Below, piece after piece: positions 27,512 to 36,228 of a stretch of 37,682 nt of DNA. The notes below the pieces were generated by a model, which worked only from the letters and a program-made list of their open reading frames with translations, was not told the origin of the DNA and did no database searches. Location: positions 1-37,682 of the IMG/VR virus record IMGVR_UViG_3300025018_000296, one strand, 5' to 3'. The stretch's first letter is position 1. Each line of letters starts with the position of its first letter. The DNA is from a virus. Its lineage: Duplodnaviria > Caudoviricetes. Made by a program: the position numbers and the translations under genes.

Positions 27512-27687
27512 TGATCTACAAACTGCAGCGAGCTGAGTACGGGGCCCGCAAGAAGGAATGGAAGACGATCGCCACGTTCGACACCTTCGACGCTGCCGAG
27601 GATCACCTGATGAATCTCCCCTACAGGGAGCGGGTCGTTTACGACTGGCGGATCTATGAAGACTTCGAGGAAAGGAGGGCGATGTGA
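27508..27687 (+). CDS. Hypothetical protein (59 aa, MMIYKLQRAEYG...; below the ORF-track cutoff)
   Basis: Translated by hand; GAGGT RBS; 4-bp overlaps with both neighbours. Confidence 0.6.
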   Translation: MMIYKLQRAEYGARKKEWKTIATFDTFDAAEDHLMNLPYRERVVYDWRIYEDFEERRAM

Positions 27688-27911
27688 AGAAACGAGTATT
27701 CCGAGACTGGGAGGAGGCATGCGAGAACACACGGTTCAATCGTGCCGTCGGGAAACTGGGGAAGATACGGCATAACGGGCAGGAGGTTGAGGTTGACGTG
27801 CTGAAAGAGCCGGGGAAGAACGGATACGTCGTGTATGCGGGGACCGGTCTTGTGATCAGAACTGCGACCACCGCCGAAGTCGATAGCATTGTGAAGTGGA
27901 GGCCGTGGTGA
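27684..27911 (+). CDS. Hypothetical protein
   Basis: AGGAGG RBS, GTGA coupling. Confidence 0.6.
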   Translation: MKKRVFRDWEEACENTRFNRAVGKLGKIRHNGQEVEVDVLKEPGKNGYVVYAGTGLVIRTATTAEVDSIVKWRPW

Positions 27912-28288
27912 TTGAAGTAACTCCTCTCTGGATGCTGGCAGTAATTCTCTTCCTGATCATCTTCCCGGCTGGGATGATCTGGCTCATACGATATGCGAGA
28001 GAAGAGGAAAACCCTGAGCGCAACTACTCCGCCCTCCTCTACGCCGGAAACCGGGCGCAGTTGGAGAAGCTAAACCAGTACCAACGCAAGGGCGGGTGGG
28101 ATCATATTTCTATGTTTACGCTCTTCGATTATCTGGAAGAAGAAGTTCAAGAGCTACACATGGAGATATTCAACAGCGGCACGATGCGAAATGTTCATCA
28201 TATCCGCCACTAAGCCGCGGACGTAGCCAATTACGCCCACATGATAATCGAGCAATGCGATCGAGAATTGGAGGATCAAAATGAATAA
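27908..28288 (+). pseudogene. MazG-like (all-alpha NTP pyrophosphohydrolase) gene interrupted by an in-frame TAA at 28211-28213
   Basis: LEEEVQEL...IRH*AADVANYAHMI: the stop sits where the Glu of ExxDV belongs. The frame continues to a stop overlapping the next gene's start. Confidence 0.7.
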
Positions 28289-28883
28289 GCAGGGACAAAT
28301 CATGAAGTTCGACATGCTGCGCGGCCGTGCAGGTCTCGAGGCGCAGTACATGATCGATAAATATGGGCATCTTCGGGTAGCTATCTCCGGGTCCGATCAC
28401 TGGATCGACTGGGTGGCGAACTTCTGGTTCATGTTCAAGAAGCGATTGAGCCGGAAGAACTTCTTCGCCGGCAGCATGCACCGGATCTGGGCCCTATTTG
28501 CAGAGGCGCTTTTCCGGGAACTGAATAGCCAGGTGGATTTCAGCGAGATCAAGAAGGTGTATATCCGGGGGCACTCAATGGGCGGTCCAGTAGGAGAGAT
28601 ACTGGCATTCAACATAACTTCAACCCACAACAATCTCATCACCATTGATACATGGGGAGCCCCTTCCCCCTGGAGCTGGCTCGGCGCACGGACATTCCGA
28701 AAGATATGTGAGCAGAAAGGAATCAATCTGACCCGATTCGTATGTAAGGGAGATTTTGTTCCCCTCCTCCCCGGCTGGCTCCTGGGCTATAACGGCCGAC
28801 GCGGGAGGCGGGTACGGATCAGAGAAATCACCTGGTTCTGGAAAGCACATCTATGGCTGCCGAAGAACTGGCGGGGGATGTAA
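28281..28883 (+). CDS. Class-3 lipase-like alpha/beta hydrolase
   Basis: GHSMGG nucleophile elbow, DW..N, TWGAP, GDFVP.LP and a C-terminal His. Confidence 0.8.
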   Translation: MNKQGQIMKFDMLRGRAGLEAQYMIDKYGHLRVAISGSDHWIDWVANFWFMFKKRLSRKNFFAGSMHRIWALFAEALFRELNSQVDFSEIKKVYIRGHSMGGPVGEILAFNITSTHNNLITIDTWGAPSPWSWLGARTFRKICEQKGINLTRFVCKGDFVPLLPGWLLGYNGRRGRRVRIREITWFWKAHLWLPKNWRGM

Positions 28884-29287
28884 TGGAGAATGAGGATATT
28901 AAAGCAACAATCACTACAGCGATGTTGGCTTGGTTCGATTCACCTGATAGCAGAATCGAGAAAGATATTTCTAAAGAACAATTCAGCCTCGATGAAGAGA
29001 CGGTTGTCGGTTTTGTCGGTGGTTTCATGGCGGCAACAGAAGAAGTAGAATCGTTGAAGGCTGAAATCGACCGCCTCAAGGATGAGATTGAGCGGAAGGA
29101 TGCGGCGCTCAGATCATCGTTATCCGAATTGGAATCACTATGGAGTCTTTACGGTCAAGGGCTTACTGTGTATGGGTGGCACCTGAACGGGGATGGGGAG
29201 GCGCTTGACGACCTTTTTGACGCGAACAGCGTGGACGCTATGGATAAAATCAAGAATGCTCTCACGAAAACCGAGGAGGAAGGGTGA
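28883..29287 (+). CDS. Hypothetical coiled-coil protein
   Basis: TAATG coupling. Confidence 0.55.
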   Translation: MENEDIKATITTAMLAWFDSPDSRIEKDISKEQFSLDEETVVGFVGGFMAATEEVESLKAEIDRLKDEIERKDAALRSSLSELESLWSLYGQGLTVYGWHLNGDGEALDDLFDANSVDAMDKIKNALTKTEEEG

Positions 29288-29490
29288 TGATCTTTTATTT
29301 CATCATCATTGGCCTGTTCCTCGGAGCATCCGCCGGGTACATTCTCACCAAGGATCTCTTCAGAATCCGGGAAGAGAATAACAAGGAGAAGCTACATGCA
29401 GTTACTGAAGCATATAACGACCTCTACCGGCAGAACCTTGAAAACATGGCGGTCGAGAGAATCCCCGGCAATGGAAAGGATGTGAGTTGA
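29284..29490 (+). CDS. Small membrane-anchored hypothetical protein
   Basis: N-terminal TM; GAGGAG RBS; overlaps both neighbours. Confidence 0.55.
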   Translation: MMIFYFIIIGLFLGASAGYILTKDLFRIREENNKEKLHAVTEAYNDLYRQNLENMAVERIPGNGKDVS

Positions 29491-30167
29491 AGAAGGTCTA
29501 CCTCGACACACACCCGAAACGAACACAAATAATCCGAGACCTCATAAAGGGAGAGATCCCCCAGAAGCAGATTGCCAAGAAGTACGGAGTAGCCCGAGCT
29601 ACCCTCACCAACTACATGCGCGATCACATTGCGGAGCGGGCGGCTGAGGCCGCGGTAGAGCGCAATCTGAACAATGGCGAAGAAATCCTGAAGGCGATCA
29701 ATCAGGTTATGGACCGGGCACAGAAGATGTACGATGCCTGCGACGAGTACCTGACCGATCCGAAGGACCCGAAGAAGTATTTCCTGGGACCCAGGGCCGA
29801 CGAGGTTGAAATAGTCTACGAGTACATCGTGGAATCCGGGGATAAAGAGTTCGTCAAGAAGGAACGGGATAGCCTGAAGAACATGCTGGACCGGCTGAAG
29901 GGGAAGGATGTGGTCGGGGTGAAGTACAAGTACGCGGATCCGCGGGAACTCCTCCTGAAGACGGCCACGGTCCTGAACCGCCAACTCGAGCTTGTGGCCC
30001 GGATACAGGGAGAGATTAAGGAGCAAGTCCAGGTGAACATCTACAACAACCCGCAATTCATCCAGGTGCAGCAGATTGTGCTGAAGGCAACCGAGAAGCA
30101 CCCGGAAGTTCGTGAGGCTATCGTGAAGGAGCTGAATAAAATCCCAAAGGAGGAGACCGGGAAGTGA
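29487..30167 (+). CDS. Putative terminase small subunit
   Basis: N-terminal HTH (QKQIAKKYGVARATLTNY), helical body, immediately upstream of TerL. Confidence 0.65.
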   Translation: MKKVYLDTHPKRTQIIRDLIKGEIPQKQIAKKYGVARATLTNYMRDHIAERAAEAAVERNLNNGEEILKAINQVMDRAQKMYDACDEYLTDPKDPKKYFLGPRADEVEIVYEYIVESGDKEFVKKERDSLKNMLDRLKGKDVVGVKYKYADPRELLLKTATVLNRQLELVARIQGEIKEQVQVNIYNNPQFIQVQQIVLKATEKHPEVREAIVKELNKIPKEETGK

Positions 30168-31081
30168 CCAATCTCCTGGGCGCATTCGCCACATCACTTG
30201 TATGTACTCTCGATCCGGCCAGCTACATCGAGCAGATCTGGCAGACCTCGGTGTACGACTGGCAGCGGGAAGCTTTGGACCCAGCCATCAAGCGCCTCCT
30301 TCTGCTATGCGCCCGGCAGTCAGGAAAGTCTACCATCGTAGCCGGCAAGGCCGCGCACACGGCGAAGTACAAGCCTGGGAGCCTGACGATTATCGTATCG
30401 GCGAGCGAGAAACAGGCGAAGGAGACCATGGGGAAGGTCCGGGATTTCGTCAGAATGGACGGAGAAATGGTAGTCGGCAATCATGATTCAGAGAGTGAGA
30501 TTGAGTTTACCAACGGATCAAGAATCCTGGTACTTGCCGGCACGGTGAAGTCGGTCAAGGGATACTCAAGACCATCCCTGATCATCCTGGATGAGGCTGC
30601 ATACATCGAAGATGATACCTACTTCGCAATCCGGCCAATGCTTACCGGGAACCCGGATGCAGTTGTGGCAATCCTCTCCACACCCCACGGAAAGCAGGGG
30701 TTCTTTTACCGTGCATGGCACGAGGGGTCGAAGTGGCATAAGATCTTCGTCCGCCCGCCCTTCACTCTCAGGGAAGACAACAAGATTGTACCCTTCATTA
30801 TGGATACCGAACTGCGGAAGAAGTGGCGAGAGCGAAAGGTCAGTGCATACTACTCACCGAGGCACACCCTTGAACACCTCGAGGAAGAACTTGAGGAGAT
30901 CGGATCATTCTGGTGGAGACAGGAGTACGAATGCGAGTTCCTGGACAACGTGAATTCCGTCTTCAGTACGGACGACATAGACACCGCATTCGATACGAAT
31001 ATCAAGCCGCTTTTCTCAGGGGAGAAGGAGCGCGAGGACGAGATCGAACAGATGGAGTTCGATAATGTTTCATGGGGGTAA
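30164..31081 (+). CDS. terL: Terminase large subunit, ATPase domain
   Basis: WQ adenine-binding motif, ARQSGKS Walker A, IILDEAA Walker B, LSTP.G..GFFY, QEY.CEF. Confidence 0.92.
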   Translation: MTNLLGAFATSLVCTLDPASYIEQIWQTSVYDWQREALDPAIKRLLLLCARQSGKSTIVAGKAAHTAKYKPGSLTIIVSASEKQAKETMGKVRDFVRMDGEMVVGNHDSESEIEFTNGSRILVLAGTVKSVKGYSRPSLIILDEAAYIEDDTYFAIRPMLTGNPDAVVAILSTPHGKQGFFYRAWHEGSKWHKIFVRPPFTLREDNKIVPFIMDTELRKKWRERKVSAYYSPRHTLEHLEEELEEIGSFWWRQEYECEFLDNVNSVFSTDDIDTAFDTNIKPLFSGEKEREDEIEQMEFDNVSWG

Positions 31082-31084
31082 TGT

Positions 31085-31771
31085 GTGACTTACTATCTTG
31101 CCGTTGATTTCGGCACCCTTAACGACTTTACCGCTATCACCATCACGCAGCGGGTAGAACGGTTCCAGGAGCCCAAGGCGATCCCGGACACACCGGCATA
31201 CCTCCGGGAGCGGCGGGTAGTGGTATCAGAATATGTGAACAGCTATCTCCGGCGGTCCCCCCAGGGGATGCCCTATCCCGAGGTCTTGAAGAACGTGCAG
31301 GCTATGCTGAACAGCCCGCAGTTATCGGGGAAGACGCAGCTCATTTTTGACGCAACCGGAGTAGGAGTGGCTGTAGTGCAAGACGCCCGGGACATGGGGA
31401 TGGATCCGATAGCAATAACAATCACCGGGGGGAACAAGGTTCTCCCGAACGAAGGCCTGGGAGGATACAACGTCCCGAAGCGGGATCTGGTAATGTGTCT
31501 CCTGCTGGCTTTCCAGAACCACCGGATCAAGATTGCCCCGTCTGAGCACAGGGATGCTCTGAAAACCGAACTGCAGGCATTTCGGATGAAGCTGAAGAAG
31601 AACGGGAATGAGACCTATGAGAATCACCGGGACTCAGACCACGATGATCTGGTTCTCTCCCTGGCAATGGGGGTCTGGTATCCGGAATACATATTCGGAT
31701 CAATTGTTGCAGCGGATAAGTACGAGCGTCAGGACGAGATGAGCTACGATCCGCTCCGGTTCGATCTATAG
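31085..31771 (+). CDS. terL: Terminase large subunit, RNase H-fold nuclease domain (separate ORF)
   Basis: AVDFG..NDFTA, FDATGVG..V and HDDLV.SLA acidic motifs. Confidence 0.88.
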   Translation: MTYYLAVDFGTLNDFTAITITQRVERFQEPKAIPDTPAYLRERRVVVSEYVNSYLRRSPQGMPYPEVLKNVQAMLNSPQLSGKTQLIFDATGVGVAVVQDARDMGMDPIAITITGGNKVLPNEGLGGYNVPKRDLVMCLLLAFQNHRIKIAPSEHRDALKTELQAFRMKLKKNGNETYENHRDSDHDDLVLSLAMGVWYPEYIFGSIVAADKYERQDEMSYDPLRFDL

Positions 31772-31779
31772 GAGGGGAA

Positions 31780-31962
31780 ATGGACATTCCGGTTCAGGGG
31801 AGTGAACCCCTCGAGAGGCTTTTTGAGTGGATAAGGGCAGAAGTGAAGAAGACTACTCATGGGACCGTATTTCTTGAAGTGGAGATACAGGACGGGAAGA
31901 TTCTCAACGCCTATAAAGGGTCGAAAAAAAGTGAAAGATTTCCTTTGAAGGCAAGGAAATAG
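31780..31962 (+). CDS. Small DUF2292/YezD-like protein
   Basis: 60 aa with HG.V.LE..IQDGKI pattern; AGGAGG RBS. Confidence 0.55.
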   Translation: MDIPVQGSEPLERLFEWIRAEVKKTTHGTVFLEVEIQDGKILNAYKGSKKSERFPLKARK

Positions 31963-31970
31963 CTGGAAAA

Positions 31971-32570
31971 ATGAGGTACAATATAGACATGCAGAAACCT
32001 ATAAAATTGAACCAGAGAGACCTGAATAAACGCCGGATGATAATACTGGCGCAGATCGCCATAGCCCTCCCGCTTTTCATGTTCGGGTTTTCTGAATCTA
32101 TGCGTTCGGCCGGCTGGGTGGCCTACTTCCATGAGTTCGGCCATGTTTTCGGCGCTTACACATCCGGGGGATCGGGAGAGATACTCAACAGCCATCTGTC
32201 TCAGTCCTATGGCGGGGTAGACTGGTGGATAACCATGTGGGGGCCTCTTGGCGAGACTGTATTTCTCACTCTTGCGTGGATGCTCGCTGTCCGGTTCAGG
32301 AAGTATGTGATCGGAGCCGTGTTCTTCGGAGCAGCCCATGGATCAATCTACTTCAACTATGCTGTGAGTACTGAGATTGTGTACAATGGAATAGTACTGT
32401 ATCTCTACACTGTCACTTCAGCGATAATTGTGGTGTCGGGCTGGTGGAAGTTCTTCGTGCAGATAGTCGCCCAGCTCACAGGCAAGAGGCGATTGACGGT
32501 AAAGAAGTCGAGGTATAGCATAGAGGTACAGGGAGGTGGTTTATGGCTAAAGAAAAATCCGGCAAGATAA
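31971..32570 (+). CDS. Membrane metallopeptidase, M50-like
   Basis: FHEFGH in a hydrophobic context, later GPL motif, about five TM segments. Confidence 0.6.
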   Translation: MRYNIDMQKPIKLNQRDLNKRRMIILAQIAIALPLFMFGFSESMRSAGWVAYFHEFGHVFGAYTSGGSGEILNSHLSQSYGGVDWWITMWGPLGETVFLTLAWMLAVRFRKYVIGAVFFGAAHGSIYFNYAVSTEIVYNGIVLYLYTVTSAIIVVSGWWKFFVQIVAQLTGKRRLTVKKSRYSIEVQGGGLWLKKNPAR

Positions 32571-33025
32571 CATACACCTACGAGGACGCACCGGATGACA
32601 TGTCCATACCTGAGCGGATACGGTACGCCGAAGAGCGTGGTGGAACCTATGACGTAAAGACGGGGAAGGTAAAAGTCCCCCATGTAGAGTTCAAGCCTGA
32701 CAACCAGGTGCCTGAGCAAACCGAGAAAGAAGGGATAGACGCGTCCAAGTACGAACGCCCCCAGGGCCCCACAAGGCCCACCGCCAGAGGGATGGAGCTA
32801 CTCGGAGAGATGCGGACAGATGAGGGGATCGGTCAGAGTCGCGGGTCCGTCCTCACAACTCCTGACGACAGAAGTTCCGACGAGATTATTGAAGGAGAGG
32901 AAGCTGCGGACCGAGATGAGCTTGTCCAGCGTCTTATGACAAAGAATGCATGGCCCAGGGATTACGCCGAGAAAGTAGCAGACGAGGAGATGGCGCGGAA
33001 AAAGAAGTCGCTGCTTACTCGCTGA
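32543..33025 (+). CDS. Hypothetical hydrophilic protein
   Basis: GGAGGT RBS; ends in KKSLL, like small pre-portal proteins of podoviruses. Confidence 0.6.
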   Translation: MAKEKSGKITYTYEDAPDDMSIPERIRYAEERGGTYDVKTGKVKVPHVEFKPDNQVPEQTEKEGIDASKYERPQGPTRPTARGMELLGEMRTDEGIGQSRGSVLTTPDDRSSDEIIEGEEAADRDELVQRLMTKNAWPRDYAEKVADEEMARKKKSLLTR

Positions 33026-33028
33026 CCG

Positions 33029-33065
33029 GCTGTCATTGACAGCAACCACTGAGGTGGTATATATT
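33029..33065 (+). promoter_or_regulatory. Sigma70-type promoter (TTGACA 33036-33041; TATATA/TATATT -10) overlapped by two palindromes
   Basis: Consensus -35 inside GCTGTCA-T-TGACAGC; ACCAC-TGAG-GTGGT in the spacer. Confidence 0.7.
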
Positions 33066-33069
33066 TATG

Positions 33070-33319
33070 TTGAATGAAGAGCTACCGTCTGACCAACGGA
33101 GGGAACCGATGAGCTACGGGTGGTGAGCCTACGGCAATGATTCGGGAAACGACCAGCGGAGGATAGGTATCTGATCTTTACAGTTTAGGTCTTGAACTGA
33201 CCAACGGAGGAAGCCCAACAGGCCGAAAGGCAGGGTAACCGACCAGCGGAGGCGACAGATCACTTCTTGAGAAGAACCCAGAAATGGGTCTCTTGAGTCG
33301 TGGTCTGTCGCCTTTTTTT
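33070..33319 (+). ncRNA. Candidate structured leader/small RNA with four GACCARCGGAGG repeats
   Basis: Repeats at 33091, 33151, 33199 and 33241; GAAA-capped hairpins; no + strand ORF; bounded by a promoter and a terminator. Confidence 0.6.
33250..33319 (+). terminator. Long intrinsic terminator/attenuator hairpin upstream of the portal gene
   Basis: AGGCGACAGATCAC (33250-33263) pairs with GTGGTCTGTCGCCT (33300-33313, one G-U), followed by a T7 run. Confidence 0.8.
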
Positions 33320-33336
33320 GTGCCCAGAGGGAAACC

Positions 33337-34998
33337 ATGGCAAAGCTGACGGACGACGAGAAAGTAAAAGATCTCATGCAGAAGTTCTCCTATCTGGAGC
33401 GGGAGCGCCAGAACTGGGAGACGGAATGGCAGGAGGTCGCTGACTTTGTGAGCCCGCGGCGGTCAAACTTCCAGTGGAACAAGGAAGATCGCGGGAAGCG
33501 GACAGGGACAAAGATCTATGACGGAACAGCGCAGGGAGCCCTCCAGCTTCTCGCCGATGGTCTTCTCGGGTATCTGGTCTCCCCTTCATCCGACTGGTTC
33601 AGGCTGGCATTTGAAAACTCAAAGATCGGAGACCTTCCAGGAGCACGGCTCTGGCTGCAGGAGGTTGAGAAGGTCCTGTACTGGCTATTCAACCACTCAA
33701 ACTTCTACGAGTCGATCAGCCAGATCTTCATGGACGGCGGCTCGATCGGGACAGCGACCCTCTACATTGAAGAGGATCTGAACGAAAGCGGGATCCACTT
33801 CTCGGCACGGCACCCCAAAGAAGTCTATGTCGAAGAGAACCGGTATGGGCATATCGATACCGTATATCGTCGCTACTACCTTCCAATGCGGGAAGCGATT
33901 AAGGCCTTCGGGAAAGACAAGTTCGACGAGTCCTTCATCGAGCGAGCAGAGGACGAGCCGTACACCCCCGTGAAGGTCCTGCACATAGTCGTCCCCCGGG
34001 AGGACCGGGACTTCCTGAAGATCGACCAGAAGAACAAAGCTTACGCCTCGATCTACATCCTCGAGGAGGACCGTAAACTACTCAGGGAGGGCGGATACGA
34101 GACGAACCCTTACGTAGTCTGGCGATGGCGTACCAACACAGATGAGATCTACGGGCGATCCCCTGCCTGGGACGCCCTTTCTGATGTGCTGAAGTCTCAG
34201 CAGATCTCGAAGACCATGATGAAGAAGGCGCACCAGAGTGTAGATCCGGCCATGATGTACCCCGCGGAGCTCACAGGACAGTTGCAGCTTGATCCGGGGG
34301 GACGGATGCCCTATCGCGATCCAAATCGCCAGGTTGTGCCGGTCAATTACGGATCGAACTACCCCATCGGCAGGGATCAGGAACAGGCGATCCAGACGGC
34401 GATCAAGGAGCACTTCCGGGTAGATTTCTTCCTGATGCTCTCCAGCATGATAGGTCAGAAGATGACGGCTACCCAGGTAGTCGAAATGCAGGCCGAGAAA
34501 GCCGCGGTACTCGGGGCGGTACTCGGACGCCTCACAAACGAGTTACTGGACCCGACGTTCGACCGGGTTTTCGCTATAGCGCAGAAGGCGGGATGGCTCC
34601 CCCCACCCCCTCCTGCGCTGGCGAAGTATTCCGGATCCGGACTGAAGATAGACTATATCGGTCCCCTGGCACAGAAGCAGAAGCAGTTCATCAACAACCA
34701 GGGGCTCAGTCAGGCACTCGGACAGCTGCTTCCCCTCGCGGAGTTCAACCCGGCAATCACCGACCTGTTGAACTGGGACGAGGTAGGCGGGCACATCCTC
34801 CGCTCGACCGGAGCACCGGAGAAGGTTATCGCCACACCTGAAGAGCGCCAGGCGATCCGCACACAGAGACAGCAGCTTCAGCAGGCAGCACTCCAGCTGC
34901 AGGCAGGGCAGGCACAGGCTGACATCGTAAACAAGACAAGCAAGGCCCCGGAGCCCGGGAGCCCCGCAGAGAAGCTGACCGCTGGTCAGGAGGAGTAG
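33337..34998 (+). CDS. Portal protein (T7 gp8 / BPP-1-type head-tail connector)
   Basis: 553 aa; IYDGTA..A...LA.GL, WF.L, YGRSPA, MTATQV and Y..PLA motifs. Confidence 0.92.
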   Translation: MAKLTDDEKVKDLMQKFSYLERERQNWETEWQEVADFVSPRRSNFQWNKEDRGKRTGTKIYDGTAQGALQLLADGLLGYLVSPSSDWFRLAFENSKIGDLPGARLWLQEVEKVLYWLFNHSNFYESISQIFMDGGSIGTATLYIEEDLNESGIHFSARHPKEVYVEENRYGHIDTVYRRYYLPMREAIKAFGKDKFDESFIERAEDEPYTPVKVLHIVVPREDRDFLKIDQKNKAYASIYILEEDRKLLREGGYETNPYVVWRWRTNTDEIYGRSPAWDALSDVLKSQQISKTMMKKAHQSVDPAMMYPAELTGQLQLDPGGRMPYRDPNRQVVPVNYGSNYPIGRDQEQAIQTAIKEHFRVDFFLMLSSMIGQKMTATQVVEMQAEKAAVLGAVLGRLTNELLDPTFDRVFAIAQKAGWLPPPPPALAKYSGSGLKIDYIGPLAQKQKQFINNQGLSQALGQLLPLAEFNPAITDLLNWDEVGGHILRSTGAPEKVIATPEERQAIRTQRQQLQQAALQLQAGQAQADIVNKTSKAPEPGSPAEKLTAGQEE

Positions 34999-35005
34999 GA
35001 CATAA

Positions 35006-35332
35006 GTGGACCGAATGGAGGAATTGGGACTAAACACCAAGAAGACCGATGAGCAGAGAAAGCTCGAGTACTCCTATCGGCAGGTCTTCGGCACGGAGCA
35101 CGGCCGGATCGTACTTAAGCACATCCTTGGATTGTGCGGATTTTATGGCTTCAGGAATTACGACAGCCAGGAGGCGATGATCGCGGGAGCAACCGCCGAG
35201 AACCTGGCGAAGAAGATTCTGTACCACTTCGGAGTCTGGAAGCCTGAGAACTTTGAGAGAATTCCGTTCTTTTATCCGGACAGGGTACTCGACCTGCCCT
35301 ACATCGAGAGCGGAGAGGAGAATAACGAATGA
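35006..35332 (+). CDS. Bbp19-like small phage protein
   Basis: Y..VF.T..G..VL..I...C pattern between portal and scaffold. Confidence 0.65.
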   Translation: MDRMEELGLNTKKTDEQRKLEYSYRQVFGTEHGRIVLKHILGLCGFYGFRNYDSQEAMIAGATAENLAKKILYHFGVWKPENFERIPFFYPDRVLDLPYIESGEENNE

Positions 35333-36213
35333 GATTCTTTACTGACCCGTGGGCCATACCGCTTACCTGGTTCGACGCAGCAGGCGACGACGGTGGTGCG
35401 GCCCCCGAAGCTGGCGACAGCGCGGGCGGTGAACCCCAGGGATCGACTACCGATACCCCTCCTTCTGATCAGGGAGGCCAATCGGACGGTGGAGACGCTG
35501 GGCAAGCCGGAACGCTGAACGCAGACAAGGGCGCGGATCCCGGATGGCTGAAGCTCTTCCCGAAGGAGCATCAGAGTGACGAGTTCTTCAAACAGTATCC
35601 CAACGCGAAAGAGGCCCTCCTGGACCTCAAACAGCGTGTGGAGCGATCGAAGGACGCGATCATCAAGCCGGGCGAAGGCGCAACAGAGGGTGAGATTGCT
35701 GAATATCGGCGATCTTTGGGCATCCCAGATGATCCCAAGGATTATCACCTACCACTTCCAGAGGGATTACCGGAAGGGCTATCCACCGGCGACGACTCCT
35801 GGTTCCGGGAGCTGGCACATAAGCATGGTCTGTCGAAGCAGCAGGCCGAGAACGTGTTCCAGGACTACTACCAGAGCGTAGGAGAGCAGTTCCAGACGCA
35901 GCAGGCAGAGCGCCAGCGTCAGAAGCAGCAGGCCGTTGCGGAGTTACAGCGGGAGTACGGCGGAGAGTACAACGCCAAGCTGACCCAGGGTCGCAGAGCG
36001 ATCCAGGAGATCGGTGGAGCAGACTTCGCCAAGTACCTCGAGGAATCCGGGCTCGGAGACGACCCCCGGATGATACGGGCCGCTATCCGCATGGGCGAAA
36101 TGATCGGTGAAGACTCACTGGTGGCGGGGCGAGTTTCGACCCCACTTGCCGGCGAGAGAAGGCGCGATCCGGGGACCCTCAACATGGACTATTCCGACTA
36201 CTGGGGACAGTAG
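35329..36213 (+). CDS. Capsid scaffolding/assembly protein
   Basis: Acidic Gly-rich N-terminus, G.P..P.DY, AHKHGLS..QA and GLGDDP motifs; precedes the major capsid gene. Confidence 0.8.
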   Translation: MRFFTDPWAIPLTWFDAAGDDGGAAPEAGDSAGGEPQGSTTDTPPSDQGGQSDGGDAGQAGTLNADKGADPGWLKLFPKEHQSDEFFKQYPNAKEALLDLKQRVERSKDAIIKPGEGATEGEIAEYRRSLGIPDDPKDYHLPLPEGLPEGLSTGDDSWFRELAHKHGLSKQQAENVFQDYYQSVGEQFQTQQAERQRQKQQAVAELQREYGGEYNAKLTQGRRAIQEIGGADFAKYLEESGLGDDPRMIRAAIRMGEMIGEDSLVAGRVSTPLAGERRRDPGTLNMDYSDYWGQ

Positions 36214-36228
36214 TCTGAGGAGCAACCA

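Noticed and set aside
14663-31081. Stop-codon reassignment explaining the in-frame stops at 14663 (TAG), 28211 (TAA) and 31079 (TAA)
   Set aside because: TAA and TAG terminate many clearly complete genes (capsid, bet, portal, scaffold). Readthrough of the RT TAG yields no RT motifs.
33091-33252. Mini CRISPR array
   Set aside because: Repeats are only 12 bp, spacers vary from 30 to 48 nt and look structured, and there are no cas genes.
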